A DNA stretch of 64,000 nucleotides from Auanema rhodensis (GCA_964057225.1 OZ059894.1:9424001-9488000); one strand, 5' to 3'; numbered from the stretch's first letter, positions 30,601 through 45,812 are shown. A program made the numbers and translations. The notes: generated by a model not told the origin, from the sequence alone.

Positions 30601-33600
30601 ACTATTATCAACCTCTCTATCTAAATGCCTACATATACATATATCTCTCTCTCTCCCTCTATCTCTCTCCCTGTGTATGTTTAAAGGAAATAAATAAATT
30701 TCTTTCACTATATTCTTTTCTTTATTCCATTTCAGCTTATGAATATCTTTTTCAGTTAAAGCTTTAATGGCCTAAATGTCGTTTTCTAGCGTGACGTCGC
30801 ATATGAATGCTAAATTAAGACATTTGATTTGAACCTTTTTTTTTCATAAAAGGAAGCCATCCATTAGGAAGTTTTCAACGTCACATTTCCTTCATTTTTT
30901 GTTAATTCAAAACGATGTTGCAATACTAGTGAGGGGGATGAATGATAAAATTTATTTAGAAACATGCCTAAAGGAATAATAATCGTTATTCCCGTTTTCC
31001 TTATTAGGGAAGAAATATGCTTCTAGAGATGTTTCTTCGATGAGTTACCGCTAAACAAGGTTTAGAGATAATGAGTCAGCAACGTAACGAACTTATGAAT
31101 ACGATTGTTAAATGTCTCAGCTATTAAAGTGAAATCAGCGTACAATAATAAAACATGAAATTAGAGTGCAATTTGATAGATAAATACATGAAATGAGAAA
31201 GAAACACCGAATTTACAATGTTTTCCCTCGGTTTCTTTCGTTTCTTGGAACATTATGACAGATATGGCACAAGCAAGGTGAATATGAAATGATGAACAAG
31301 AAGCTGGCAAAGAATGAACAAGTGAATGATGGTTTATACAACTTCAACTGTACTGCTGCATCGTGCTGCAACTGCTGTTACTGCTGCTTCTGCTGCTGCT
31401 GCTGCTGCTGCTGCATCTTCTGCCATAGCTATAGAACAATACTGTGTGTGAATCGGACAGTCTAGGATGTTTTCCCTTCGTTTACAAACATTTACAAGAA
31501 AGAATTATCAAGGGCAGAAAGAAAAAGGAAGAAAGTTATAGTCTCTTGACCATTTACATAATGTTTTTGATGTTAATAAACATGCTTTTCATAGCATGAC
31601 TTATTTCAGCTTTTTGTTATTCTCGTCTGTTGAACCATCTTCTGTTCGTATACAACATCGATGCCTTCTAGTTGTTATTGTTGATGTTGTTTCTCACTGA
31701 CTGTCTTTGATTTTCCTGTTAAAACTCTGCACCCTAGTTCAATGGCTTGATTGTCCTTTTCTTAGTTAGTAGTATTGCTTTTTTGCTTACACAGTGTTTG
31801 TCTCTTACTTCTTTAATATACACTCGTCTATCTTTCTCTCTCTCTCTTTCTATTCCTCTCTCTTAACCTGTAATCTTCTATCTTTCACTCTCACTACGTT
31901 TACCATTCTCTCATCTATTTATGAACCTTTACTAACAGTTCAAGAAAGAGCATGATTCAAACAACCCACCGTAACAATAGGTCGATTTGCTAAGAATAAC
32001 AGTCACTTCACTCTTATATATAAGCTGTTAATTTCTCTTAAAACTCATTCATTTACCGTTTTCCATTCAAACTATATTTCATTTTTCTATTTCTTTTTCC
32101 CATTTATTCACAGCCAATATTCATGTTTCAATCAGTCAGTACACGTAGCATGCACGTGGTTAGCATGTCATTCACGTGTACGTCGACTGTTATTTCATTC
32201 ATAAAATCTATGATGAACGGTTGTATTTTCGTTTATTTTTTTATAAAAAATTGTCGTCTCCCCTTCCTTTAGTAATACAGTTTATGAAAAATGTGTTTGA
32301 AATTGCCAAGAATAGTGAATGAGCAATATAGGGCGAGTTCCTCGTTTTTTCTTTCATTTTGTCCTTCACACGGAAAAATAAATAAACCACATCCTTAAAC
32401 AGACTATTAGACGTCTAAGACATTTTTTTCCCATGCTTTATCTCTAGTATAAGTAGCATTTAAAACTTTTGAACTTGAGCCTATTATTATTTAGAAATTT
32501 TAATGACCTTCTCTTAACATTTGATTCTGCCAAATAGTTAACAGGTTCCATCTTTGCACCACGGACACTGGTACTAAAGAGATTGTAAACGGGAAGGTAG
32601 AAAGTGAGAAAGATTGAGATGCAGCCAAAATGCATTTCTACAGACTTGATTGATTTGGTGAATAAGAAGAGATTGAGAGTGAGAGAGAGAGAGAACAAGA
32701 GAGAGAGAGAACTAGTAAATACTGCTTAGCTAATTGCCTATAGGTCAGTTAATAGAATATAAGTTGAAAAAACACTACTTTCTGCCATTTCTTATTCATT
32801 TACTTGGTTCACAGTCCATAAAAGCTTCTCCTCTTCCTTATTCTTCTTCCAGTATTTGAGTTGAACATGTTTTATCTCAGTTTTTCCCACTTTCTGATAA
32901 TCTATGAATCTTGCAAATGAAGCCTCAAAAAAGTAGAAAAACACTAGCAAAACATCAATATGCTATTTCATCTTGTAGCAGTTATGACTTGCATTGGGCG
33001 ATCTCTCAATTAGCGTACTAAGGTCGAACATTTACTAAACTTTCAGTTTTCCCCAACAGTTTTTGCACTCGTTTTTCATTTTTTTTATCAACACGAAAAC
33101 AAGAAATACGATTTTGCGGCTTATATATAGTGTCTTCGACCTCCCAACACGTAATTAGAATCTAATTTCACACATGTTATACGGAGAAGACTGTGATACA
33201 CTATTTGGGAATCTGCAATCATAAAGCTTTTCCCTCAAACCTTAAGAAAAGTATTTTTCTTCTGAAAATACTTTTGACTTTCATATGATTTGCTAAAGAT
33301 GAATTATGGTTTAATGAATATAATCTCATAGCATACTTGCACGTGTTCATTAAGCTTAAAGTGCTTGAAGCATGGATTCAACACCTAATTCATAAGAAAT
33401 TTCTTAGAAAACTTTGATATTTGTTTATGGCTCTACCTAATTTTCCTGTAAAATATTTAAAAATCTTGTTGCTTTTGTCAAACAGTCTGGTCTGGCTCCT
33501 CCTTTTTTGTTGTCGAAAAGCGGAGAATGAGGCGGAGCGAACAGTAGCAAACTTAGGCCCTATCCGCCTATCCGACTATATACTAAATTCATTTCCATTT

Positions 33601-33727
33601 CATTCTTAGGTCGTTTATTTAAACGATTTCTTTAATTTTTAATTTTATTATGCCATCAACAAGCATAACATCTTTGATTTGGACTCATGACGTCTTGAAT
33701 TTCCGTTCATAATTTGTTTGTTTTCAG

Positions 33728-36700
33728 ATGTTTTCCCTTATAGTTTTGCTGTTTCCGCTTGTCGCAGGTATGTTTAATGTTTGAAGCCAAAGGCTTCTCC
33801 AGCATGTCTTGTGTTTTGGATTCTACTTCCTCTACTTTCTATCAGATTTTGACTGATCAAATAACTTTATTTTTCAGCTTTACCAGTTGATCTTAATGAT
33901 AAGAAGTGCACAACATCATGTATGAATAGTTATACTAATGAAGTTGCAAATGCTCCTGTTGTTTATGAATATCAAAACTTGACTGACGTCGATCAAAGCC
34001 AATTGTGCAAGTAAGTTTCTAAAATTTATTTTTTTCCTTTTCTTTTCAACGAACATTTCTCTTAAAATGCTCAACGATCATATGTATTTACGTACAAAAT
34101 CTTGTACTATACCGTTGTCGTCGAACAAGGTGACCTGAAAATATTTTTATAAACAACCAGGCATATGTATGTCTGAATTGAGAAATTTTCGACGAAAGAA
34201 GAAATATAAAGATTGGGCTACTCGTGAAACAAGAGCAAACTTGATCTGACTACTGTTACTGTCAGCACAACTTTGCAATCTATTGTCTTTCATAAGGTCT
34301 TGTCTACTCATCAAATTAAGATATTTATAGCCAAAACGAGTGCCCGGATAACTAACTTCACCTTTCATTTGATACAGCATAATCAGAAAGTTCTATCTAT
34401 TAGTTTCGCCATTGGTAGTTAGAGTGCATCTAAAGGAAACAGAGACAGTACTAAACCGGATAATTGATAGAGAGAGAGGGAGAGGGAGAGAGAGAGAAAT
34501 ACAGTAACAGTATTGTTCATGAAGAGAATAGAGTAGAACAGACTGTTGACGTCATCAATCCAATTCACTAGTTAATGTATGAAGTTACAATGATAATAAT
34601 CGATTGTAGACATCGAAATATCTGGATTTTCTATGAATTAAGTTACATATATGTACACTGAATGTCCATTCGACTGTAACTAGTTCATAGAAAAGTATTT
34701 GAAAATTAAGGAAAAAACTCTTTTTTTGCCAACTTTAATGGATAGAATTTCAAATTTTGATTTTCAGCTATGTTAAGAAGATGGTCATCTGCAACGGTAT
34801 GTGCCCTGATGAGATCACTGATGAAGACAAAGCTGAAGTTGCTCGCAACTTCGCTTTAGCTTATCTCTGCAAAATGCATAAGAACTCTCGTAAGTTTTTT
34901 TCCTAATTATTTAACAAGCAAAACTAGTTTTTGTCTGATAAAACCTCAAAAAATCCGTAAATGAAGGCTATCTGGCAGGGGGATGATGGAAGAAACGAGG
35001 GCTTGGCGATAGAATGAACAGTTGTCTGTCTCCTCACACTTCTTCAACGACCATCACCGAACTGACAACAGTCAGTCGGCCAGCCCCAGCCCTAAGACAT
35101 TAGAGTTTATAAACAAATGAAAACAGTCTCTTGACCTTATATGGTTTATAAACAAAATATAAAAATACATAGATACATAGTATATAAACAGAATAACTTT
35201 TCTTCATTTCTTATTTCTTTTAAGTTTCGGAGATTCTTGATGTTGTCGGGAACTTGCCTACTTCTGCTTATGGAGAATGTGCCAAAACTTGTCAAATGAA
35301 GGATTCTTGCGAGTGAGTTCAGACAGCTTATCTTTGAACACAAACGGCTTTTTCTTCCTAAAAAAAACTTGGAGACAGATGATCACCACAAGCTATTTTC
35401 AGGAAGCAAACATGCTTCAAGGATTGTTTGAGACACAATTATGTTCTTTGTGATATGGAAACTCCATGCATGGTACGTATTCAAGCATTTTAAAACTGTG
35501 AATACATTACATGACGCTATCAGTTTGTAATGAAAACATGAATAAGGATTTCTTATTCCTTTTGACTGGGTCCTAACACGAAATGGTCATGTTTGATGTT
35601 TCAGAACTTAATCACTGCTGAAGTTTTCATTCGTAATTTCCCATTCGAAAGTAATTCAAAGAATGCTATGGAGCTCACAGAACAAACTGAGACACACATG
35701 GATCATATTCCTGAACCAAGCATGTGTATTACCAGCTTGGTAAGTTTTTATTTAACAGCATTTGTAACATCTTTTGAAATATTGGGTCAATGTTCTAATA
35801 TCTAATAATGAAGTAAGAACAGATCAAAGTTGAATAGCCTAAAGTGTCAAAATAAACATGGCGATGTTCTCTATTGACCTTAAATGGCCAACTTTTCGGA
35901 AATGGTTGATCAAACATCGACAAGGAATGATCAGCAGGTGGTGAGCCACGAGTTTGTATTTGTCTGAAGCAGTTCCTGAAAGAAAAAAAAACAGAAACTT
36001 TGTCGGCTTGATGTATGAGACTTACTGGACCAGTCTTGCTTACGACTGTTTTGAAGCGCAAAAAAACGAGAAGTTCCTTCTCTATCTTCCTTGTCCAGTT
36101 GCACAAACTATGAGCAACAGGCGATAGAAGTTAAAGAACTGACGAACATGCGGAATATTTCCAACTAGAATGACAAGCGTTCTTTCATATATTAGAACAG
36201 GCTACTCCAACAATCATCTTACCAAACTCATATTTCATTCAGCTTTTCCCTTATGAATATCTTTTAGATTTCCGAAAAATCTCTCGATGTTCAGGATGAG
36301 GTTGAAGCTTCTGGAGAAGAAGAGGTATTACTACTTCGTGAAAACAAGTTTTTACAAAAATCTTAATTCAGAAAGACACTTCCACAACTGATTCCGATCC
36401 ATTTGTCCCAGCAGGAGAACTTGATGTAGGTAGACTTCTTCAAAGAATCAAATCCATCACTCTTCATCTTCGCCCTATACAAGTAAAGAAATAATCTTTG
36501 CTTTTGCTTGTAAACGGCAGCTTAGATGTACTTTCTATTCTAGAAAAAAGAAAGATCTTATCGAAAAACAGGGAAAAAACTTCGAAAAACGTCATTGTTT
36601 TTCCTTAATAAGTAGTGACAAAGCCAAATCATGCATATTATGAATACCATATGGCTAACTATGTGCTAATAATCGCTTGAGAATTGGCCTAACTTCTTCT

Positions 36701-37698
36701 AACATTCTTCTAAATATTAGACTTACTTAGCTAACAATTAATAAATTCTAGAAAACAACTGGAGATAACGCTAAATTAGAAGTTGACGGCTCTACTGATT
36801 CTAAGACTATCAGCATTGTTAGTGGTAACACTGAGCCAGAAGAGACTGCTGTTGATCAGGTTTGTCAGCTAATAGTCTGAGATACAATTCTCAAGCTTTT
36901 CCTTATTCTAGGAGCCAGATACTAATGAACGTTCAACTACTCTCGCTATGATTGTCGACAAAGTTTCTGGAGAAGCTACTGTTGAAATTTCTGCTTCTAC
37001 TCCAGAATCCGCTATGGAAACATCTACTTCTACTCCAGAATCCACTGGGGAAACGTCTACTTCTACTCCAGAATCCACTGGGGAAACGTCTACTTCTAAT
37101 CCTGAATCTAGTGTGGAAACAACTGGCGAGAGTTCCACTGAGGCATCCGTTAGTGAATCAACTGCTGAAATTTCTGATGTTGAGCCAGTATACTATTATG
37201 ACGATGAGCATAGCAAATCTGTAACATCTGAAAGCTCAAACAACCTCAATGTTCAAGCTGATGCTGCTTTTGCCGTCTCTGACTCTGCTCTAGCTGGACA
37301 AAAGGAAGTTTCACCAACTGAGATCACCGTCGAGAAAACAGTAGACGATTTCGAAACGACCGTAGAGCCAACTGAAGAAGATTCCGACGTTATCGTCACT
37401 GAAGTCGACTCTACCACTGAAGAGACCAGCTCAGGAGCTGAGGATGTTGAAGACGTAAGATACGAAATCTCAGAAATCAAACTAATTTCCAACATTACAG
37501 AGCTCTATGCCAACCATCATTGTTGACGACAAGAACGATATGTTAGATAGTAACCGCGTTGACGGCGGAGAAACAACGGTAAGACATGAATCAAAGCTTC
37601 ATCTCAATATGAGCCAACTGCTTTTTCAGAACGGAGTTGGATCAACCATCATCGGTTCCGTTGCTAGTTTGATATTTGCTTTGGTTCTACTCCAATAG
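33728..37698 (+). CDS. Cell-surface or secreted proteoglycan/mucin-like protein: Cys-rich (CPG4-like) N-domain, S/T/E-rich stalk, hydrophobic C-terminus (probable GPI signal)
   Basis: TTTTCAG|ATG; MFSLIVLLFPLVA/ALPVDLNDKKCTTSCMNSY...QLCN/YVKKMVICNGMC...YLCK.../...ECAKTC...SC/EKQTCFKDCL...C; EASGEEE; STSTPESTGET repeats; ends NGVGSTIIGSVASLIFALVLLQ*. The domain name is inferred from Cys spacing only. Confidence 0.8.
36990..37125 (+). repeat. 33-bp coding tandem repeat (~4 copies; STSTPESTGET)
   Basis: tctacttctactccagaatccactggggaaacg repeated with variants. Confidence 0.9.
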
Positions 37699-38122
37699 AC
37701 GAAGCTGCCAGTATGATCCCCATGACGCCATAACTTTAACGATGAGGATATGAATAACATGATATTCAATCTTCAGAATATTCGTGTGAATTTGTCTCAA
37801 AGTTTTTTTCTTAAGAATTGCTTGTACAAAAGACATAATTTTAATGTTTTTAAATATTTTATATTAATATATAAATATAAAAATTTATAAATTATATGTT
37901 ATATATCTCAAATTTGAAAAACAAAAAAAAAAGTGAATGCACGAAATATAGCTAAGACAATACTGAAAAATGTTTCCTAAATCAATTAATTCTCTATATA
38001 CAGTCTGCGAGTTAAGATTTGCAAGTCCATACACACCTTGTGAGAACAGTTTCTCTCACATATTTCATCTATTTTCGTTGTATTAATTCATAATATTTCA
38101 AAAACGAAGTCGTATCTTCGCA

Positions 38123-39869
38123 TCAGAATTTTCCCAACTTCCAAGCTTTTGACAAGTTCTCGAAATACATTTGCTCTCCAACACTCGATATCTCAATGCC
38201 CAGCACATTCACCACTTTCGGTAACTTCTTCTCGCGTGCCCCAACAGTTGATGCGATGCTGAGGGAAGCTGAAAGCCAAACAAAACTGTTTCTCAGCTTG
38301 TTTTCAATGAAACTACCTTGGCATTGATTATGTACTGATCTTCGAGATTTTCTCAATTTAGCTGGAATGAGATATCGACGATATGCTGTATGAGTTAAGC
38401 CTACAGCCAATGGTGTAAGCAAACCAAGAAATAGATAAATCTGGAAAAATGATTCAAAATAACAATGAGAATGAGGTGAGAAACGAACAATTATTCGAGC
38501 AAAATTCAAATATGCTATAGTCTCAGTATAACATAACTGTGGATAAAGCAGTTCAATAATCAAGGAAAAGTTGTTTCCCAGAAATAATGTACAAACTTGC
38601 ACAATTGAAATTGGTAGAATCATACTGAAAGCTATTAATTATAGAAAGACAAATATCAATTTTATAATTTATAATAGTAAAATAATATACCGTAATGCCC
38701 GAATATTTTCAATAACTTGATATCTTCCAGATAATGTTTCACCAGATCCAACTAGTTTGATAGTAACACGACAATTATGTAAAAGAACTAATGATAATAT
38801 CTGAAAAAGAAGATTTTCTGTATTTTTAAAATTTTATTTTCAAAAAAAAAAAGAAAAACCCACGAGAATAGTTATGCCGTAAACTATAAATCGAGCAATC
38901 AGTTGATAGACTATTGGTAAGAAATACAATGAGATTAAGTAGACAAACTGAAAATATAATGACTTTAGAATGTAATTTCGTATTTCACTTTCTGTTTTGT
39001 TTTATACAAAAATTCTTTTTTTTCTCTAATTTTTCAATTTTTTTTTCAAACTTAGGTTGCACATGAAAAGCCGCCTGACTTAAAGACATATGCTTGTTCG
39101 CAGGAAAAATAAGTAATGACAAGGAAAGACAAAAAATATTTGATTATATACTATCTCAATGTATATAATTCCAACATCATAACCTTTTTAAGCTGTAAAA
39201 AAAAGTTGAAAGAAGGCATAAAACATACTGTAAAAGGCTGAGACAGAATAGCAATTTTCCATATTCGAGTATATTCGTATTTTCGTCGAAAAATGGTAGC
39301 AAATACACGTTCAAAAACACAACAAAATAACATTGCTTGTGAATAAACTGTAATAACTTGAAATAAGATTGAAGTTATAGTTGTAAAAATTCAAAAATAA
39401 GTTTAATAATGTCATTAAAAGCATAATAAGCTAAGCTTAAACTTCAAATTCATGATTATATTACCTTCTAAAGCAAACATTATATAAATGAAGATAAGAT
39501 TAAAAGAAGTATTATCTATTATTTGAAAAATAGAATAAATTAATGTAACAATATAAATAAGTGTGTTACTACAAAGAATAGTTAGTAGAAATATGCTGAA
39601 ACAAACGTATTTTCATTCAAATCTTCTGAATATCAACACAACAATAACGACAAAGATCAAATATATCTCAGCTTGCTGGCTTGCTTGCTGGCTTGCTAGC
39701 TTGCTTGAGGATTTAGAAAGTAAAAGTTAATTTACCTATAAAATGGATGAAAAGTAGCAAATAGATTCCAATGTATATGAATTATACGTAGATAGAATGA
39801 TACTGTAATAATTGCCACAAAAAGTACAGAAATATCTCCTCCTAGATTGAAAACACAATTGCTCATCAT
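38123..39869 (-). CDS. Nematode serpentine chemoreceptor (Sra superfamily; srab/sre-like)
   Basis: Hydrophobic exons; FHP after TM1; FERVFATIFRRKYE after TM3; LSGRYQVIENIRAL before TM6; C-terminal YFENLSKAW. Confidence 0.82.
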
Positions 39870-40237
39870 GTTGAACTGAAAACTTATTTGGATATATTAA
39901 GAAGAAGAAGAAGAAGAAGAAGAAGGAAATATGAATTTTCAGACGAAATTATAAAATTAATAAAAAATGTTTTAATCTATACATATAGAGAGAGAGATAT
40001 ATGAAAAGACTTAAGACAATCAAAATAATTTTCTAAAACTATTAATAAATTCAATCAAAATCAAGAATAATACTGAATTGTGTGGTACAAAACAAAGAAA
40101 AATATAATTTTCAAATAATTAGAACTACTTCTTACTAGATTGGATCATACTCGACCATTTATATTTGTGAAGAAATGAAGTAATGGAAATGAATCTACAA
40201 TCCTTTTCACATAATCATTTTTTGATGTAGAAACAAC

Positions 40238-40240
<3 letters not shown>

Positions 40241-40287
<47 letters not shown>
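40241..40287. repeat. (GA)n microsatellite
   Basis: Direct reading. Confidence 0.95.
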
Positions 40288-40289
<2 letters not shown>

Positions 40290-42132
40290 ATGTCTACTTC
40301 AACCAACAAAAAAAATAATTGTATAATACGATAGATTCAAACTAAAATGTTTAAGATTACGATTGAGTTGAGAAGAGATCAAAAAAGAAAAAATAACTAA
40401 TTGAAACGTTGTGCATGGATGTATCATAATTTTTTTTGTTCATAACTACATTTATATGAATAGTATGAAATGAAGCTGATTGATTTGTGATGTCTTCAAA
40501 CAATATAATCTGCTCACTATAAATATTTCATGTTGTAGTTGCATCCCTTGTATTCTTTTTTTATTTCACAAAAAAAAAAAGAAAAAAAGAAAGAACCACA
40601 TTGATATTCTCATACAATATACATAGATATCTATGTATATACTCTATATATAAGATACCTTTTCATCTTTCTCTCTCTTTTTTTTCAAAATATAATCATT
40701 ATAATTCATAAAACGACGACAAACAAACTAAAGCAAAATGGTCAAAAAACAAAAAAATGCAGAGAAAAGGCTTGAATCTGAAGCGTTTGCCTGTGAAAAG
40801 AGACATGATTGATGAAGAAGGATGTTGTGTAGTTGTTTAGTATTGTTTCTGTAGTTTTTGATCAGTAATACTAGATGATAATAGAAAATATCCTTCTATT
40901 TATATCTTCAAATACATATACATATATATGTATTTTCATTATTGAGTTCAATGATTTATCTTTTTTTTTTTCAATAAATATTTAGTGAAAAGGCCGAAAA
41001 TTGGATTATATACATGTCTATGTAGATATTATGTACCTAAGAAACTTACATATTTCAACTCAAAAAGCTGTTGGTGTTGAAGAAAAGAAAGTTTTAAAAG
41101 TTTTAAAACTTGAACAGATACAGATGTAGATATATACATATATAGAAATGAAATGAAATTGTTAATAAATGCAACCGTTATCATCAAATATGAACTATTA
41201 AATGAACATTGCTCGTATGGTAATTTCACGTAATTTCTGACGTGAACGACAAGTGAAATGATTTATGCTAATTATATTGTTGACTGTTTAGAAATGTAGT
41301 AGCAGAAAGCAAATGTTTCCTAACAATTGCTAGATGATTGGAGGATGAAGAATTTTTTTTTCTTTTTTTTCGAAGAAAACGGCAATGACGAAGAATGTTG
41401 GAAGCACGTTCATACGCGGCTTTTTTTTCCTTGGCTTTCTTGAATGAAAGTCTGATTGAATATCTCTGTCTACTCAATAATTATTTCAAATTACTTCTAT
41501 TTCTGAAAAGAGATTAAGATATATGTGTGTCTGTGTCTGCTTATATGTATGTATGTATGTATGTATATGTAGATAATGTGCAAAAAGTATAAATTCACAT
41601 AGTTAAAATTATGTGAAATTCATAAATGACATCATTTTTAATATTATTTTAATGTTTTTCTTGGCATTTTGTATTTCATTATACGAATATACATAATTAT
41701 ATATATAGTACATATGTATATAAATATAAATATATATATATATATAATTTTTTTATTTAGATTTTGATTTTGATTTTGATTTCGAGTTTGATTGCGAATT
41801 TGATAGCTGATCACGTATTTCATTTCATGGATAAGCTATGCAACGATTGAATTATTTATTTGTAAACGGCATGTTAAGTCAAATTAATTTATATTCTTGA
41901 TCTTGTAACATAGCATATTTAAGCAAGATTCTGATTGAATTTGGATAAATTATAGAAGACAGTTTCTTTTTCTTTTTTTTTATTGAAAACTTGAATTATT
42001 TGAAAGAGAAATTAGAAAAAGCAGCTAAACATTATTACACATGTTTTGGTGTTATTATTCTATAAATTATCAAAAATATGAAAAACAGCGAAAAAAAGAA
42101 TATAAATTCTTATAAGAGACAGATAGAGAGAC

Positions 42133-42134
<2 letters not shown>

Positions 42135-42179
<45 letters not shown>
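42135..42179. repeat. (GA)n microsatellite
   Basis: Direct reading. Confidence 0.95.
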
Positions 42180-42183
<4 letters not shown>

Positions 42184-42400
42184 CGGAGTACAATCTTATT
42201 TGTCCATTTATGGAAAGAGACGGGATTATGACAGTTAAAAACAGGGAAAAACTAATATTTTGTTTGAAAACATTTTGTTTTTTCCAAGTTTTTTTAAACA
42301 ATTTTATTGAATTATAAGAAATAAAATGCTTTTTAATGAATATATTGAATATATGTTCCAAATCTGTTCATAGGTTGATATCAAACATACTAAGTGACTA

Positions 42401-45400
42401 CTATTCAGTGATTATCTCCAGATAGACTCGTCCTTCTTCCTGTTTACGATAGCATTTGTACGTCTTAATTATGAATTTATTTCTCAAAAATGAAAAGTGG
42501 TATTTACCTGATTCTCAATTTTTACTTCTGTATTCACTGCTACAGCTGTTTCATCTGAGATTAAGCAGTTCAGAATTACAATAGCACCGGTCGAGGTGCA
42601 TTTTTTGGTGAATCTGTTCTCTGATATCCAACTGAAATTGATGTTTAAGTTCTTGATAATATGTGAATGTTTATTTGTGTTTTTTCGTGAAATTTTCAGT
42701 TTTATTATGCTTTGTTCGATATAAGAAATCACAATTTTGCTTTCAAAATAGAAATTAATTAAAAAAACAGTTTTCAATTTTGTTTTTTAACCAAATAAAA
42801 TTTAGAAAATTCTGTGTTTATAACTCACGTGTCCTCTACTTGATATACTTTTCCTTTGCTAGTACAGGTACGTGGCTTCTTTGGCTCTTCGTGTTCCTCA
42901 CTTTCATCAGCTGGTTCAAGAAGCTAAAAACTGCTTTATAAACTGGATTTGTTAAGTGGTTAGTCAAGTTAGTTGATCAGGCTGAAATGTTAGAATGCGT
43001 TAGAAACAGATGATATAAGCCTCATAAAAGCTGGGGGACATACACACTTTGCTATAGCTTGTTAGATAATTCAGGTAAAAACGAAATTAGAATAGTTCGT
43101 CTTTCGTTTAGCACGAACCTAACTCACTTTTCCCAATGAACGGAACCGCTTAAACATTGGACCAAGGACGTCGACTGGACGTAACTGTAAGCAGATTTTG
43201 ATGCAAAAACCGACGAAGAGTATAGAATGAAAGAAGAAGGATTGAAAATTTTCATTTATCTTTGAAATCAAATGATTTTCAATTTTCCTTTGTTTCTCTA
43301 TCTGAAGCTTCTACCCCAAGCACTTTTCAAGAAAAACATCCCAACGGTTTCGATGAAAATCATATGAAACTCACGTTATCTAATCGGAAAGTACTGTTAG
43401 AAGGTAAAACCTCACGGTTAATACTGACAGTACCATTGTCATGTTGACGACAACTGCAAGAATCATAAAGCTTTAGCCTCATCTTAACATTGCAACTTAC
43501 TTGTAGACGATACCACTCAGTTGAAGACTGGCATTCAAGTTGACGGAAATTCCAGCATCTGTCAAGCAATTCTTAATGCGAACACCTTTGTCAGTACATT
43601 CCTTCATGAAGTTACGCTCCGATATCCAGCTATCTCCTGAATAAGCTTTTGAAGAAATTGGCAAGCTGATCGAACGTACCAACACCATGTCCTTCACATC
43701 CACTAGTCGAATCAAATGAATATGTTCTTCTAATTTCAACTTTGCCATTACCCATAGAAATGCATTCATAAGTCTAAAAATGAGGTAAAGATTTATATTT
43801 TCAAATGGCATAATAATTGTTTTTTGATTTATAAACGTTGATGTTATTTATAGATATTTGATGACGCCCAAAAGAAAAGATGAAAAAGAATCTTAATAGC
43901 TTGCTAAGATATCATATCTAAAGTTAGACAAACATACAAAGTTCTATCTATTTAATTTGATATAAAAGACCTTCTATATTAGGTGTGATCAATCATCTAC
44001 AAGCTACTGGTTAATGACCGTCAATGCAGGGGTCTTAACTGATCTCAGATGCAATTGAATTGGTTTCTTAATGAATGAACCATATCAGTAAACATACAAC
44101 ATAGTTCTAAAAGCAAATGTATGTTCTCATTGAACTATCACCAGTTTCTTTAAAGATTAGTTGTAACCAACTGAAGAAATATCTGAATGAGCAAGAAAAA
44201 ACTTTTTTTTTACTTCAAAGTTGATGATGAAACATGGTGAAAGGGAAATGAAGATAGAATGAACAATTGAAATTTTGATTAAGCATAACACTCAACGCAT
44301 GAATACAACCGCTCTCTATGTAAAACATTCACGAAATAAACAATCGTATTACGTGAAATACACGTGAAATACACGTGAATCATTGCCACATATTGATTGA
44401 TTATAGTTCAAATTTCATGTCAAACTGATTATATGAATTCTGATTGAAAAAAAGTTCTTTTTTGGCATGATGATACTAATCGTGTATTAAGGAATAGAGA
44501 TGAAAAAAATAGAAAAAAGAACGAATGAAAAGTTTTTTTTTCATGTCATAGAAGGGAAAAAATTGTGCCAATCAAATGATAAAGTTGTCTATTATCATCG
44601 TCATCATTATATCTATTAATAGTCTTATATATATTAACTAATTTTTATTTTTATTTAGATTGCGGAACATTTTTTTTTCTCAAAAATCGTGTATTTCTTG
44701 ATTTGTCACAACCATATTTCATTTCCAGATACGCTATCCATCCCTCCTCGATCTTTCTCTCCTCCCTCTGAAATCTCTCTCTCTCTCTGTCTCTCTCTCT
44801 CTCTCTCACTGTTTCTTTCTCTCTCTATCTCCCTCTTTTTCCCATTACTTTTGCTTCTTATTATTTTTGGCTGAACATCAAATTCTGCATGTTTGAAAAT
44901 AGAAGATTAATTAATTTTTTTGTTTAAAAATGATTTTTTTTCAGAGAAAAGGATACATTTTGGGAGAAGTCTCACAAGCATCACATGATATGAAATTATT
45001 TTGAGAAATAGACAGACGGAAATTTCTATTTCCTGTATCTTCTCTTTGATTTCTTGAATTTTTTTTGAAATTTTTAATTTATGAAGGGATGTACAGTAAC
45101 TCGTTTGAAGTGAAACATACCGTATTGGCTTCTAAAATTTTCTTTCCTGGCTCTACGACAACTCCATTCGGTGTTCGACATCCGATGACCGACGTTGACC
45201 AGCCATCTTTGGAGACGGTGCATCGCATGACGAACGTGGATCTAACGACCTAAAATTCAAAATCATATGATACACCAATTTCATAATTGATTTCAAATGG
45301 ATTTCATGATTTTTTTTCTCATTTCTCAAGGTATTAATCAAACATTATGAGTGTCCTATATGGTAAGAATAAGCGGGTTTTTTCTGATAAAATGGCAAAT

Positions 45401-45812
45401 TCTTTTCTACAAACGGTACGGCTTCTCTGAAAAGCCGAATGAAACCTGTTCTGTGTAAAAATGACTAGTCTAACTGTAGCTTTTCTATCTATGAACGGCA
45501 GACAACTCATTAACTGCTATATGGTTTAAAAAAAATTAAAAATTAATTAAAAATCTTTTTTTTTTTGGTCATCAAATCAAATATGTGGACATTTCGATTC
45601 AAATAGTTTCACTAAAATGAGAGGATAGGTGGTAAGAGAAGATCAAAAAATCAAAATGACCTCGACGGTTTATACGTATGTATGTGTCTCAGATTGTACT
45701 TGAAAAATATAAAAAAACATACCCAAGTATCTCCATTATCGTACTTATCGCCCTTGTAAGTGCAACCAAAAGCTGATCCAATAAAGGCGAGTAATAGAAG
45801 ATTTTGTAACAT
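42401..45812 (-). CDS. Secreted protein with three MIG-18-like (fibronectin type I-like) Cys modules
   Basis: MLQNLLLLAFIGSAFG-CTYKGDKYDNGDTW/VVRSTFVMRC...IGCRTPNG.../TYEC; CEGHGVGDSWISERNFMKEC...NCL...YNC; CTSKGKVYQVEDTWISENRFTKKC...NCL.../TYKCYRKQEEGRVYLEIITE*. The linker exons are uncertain. Confidence 0.82.

Noticed and set aside
36908-37495. Minus-strand and alternate-frame ORFs over the mucin exon
   Set aside because: Shadows of the repetitive plus-strand exon.
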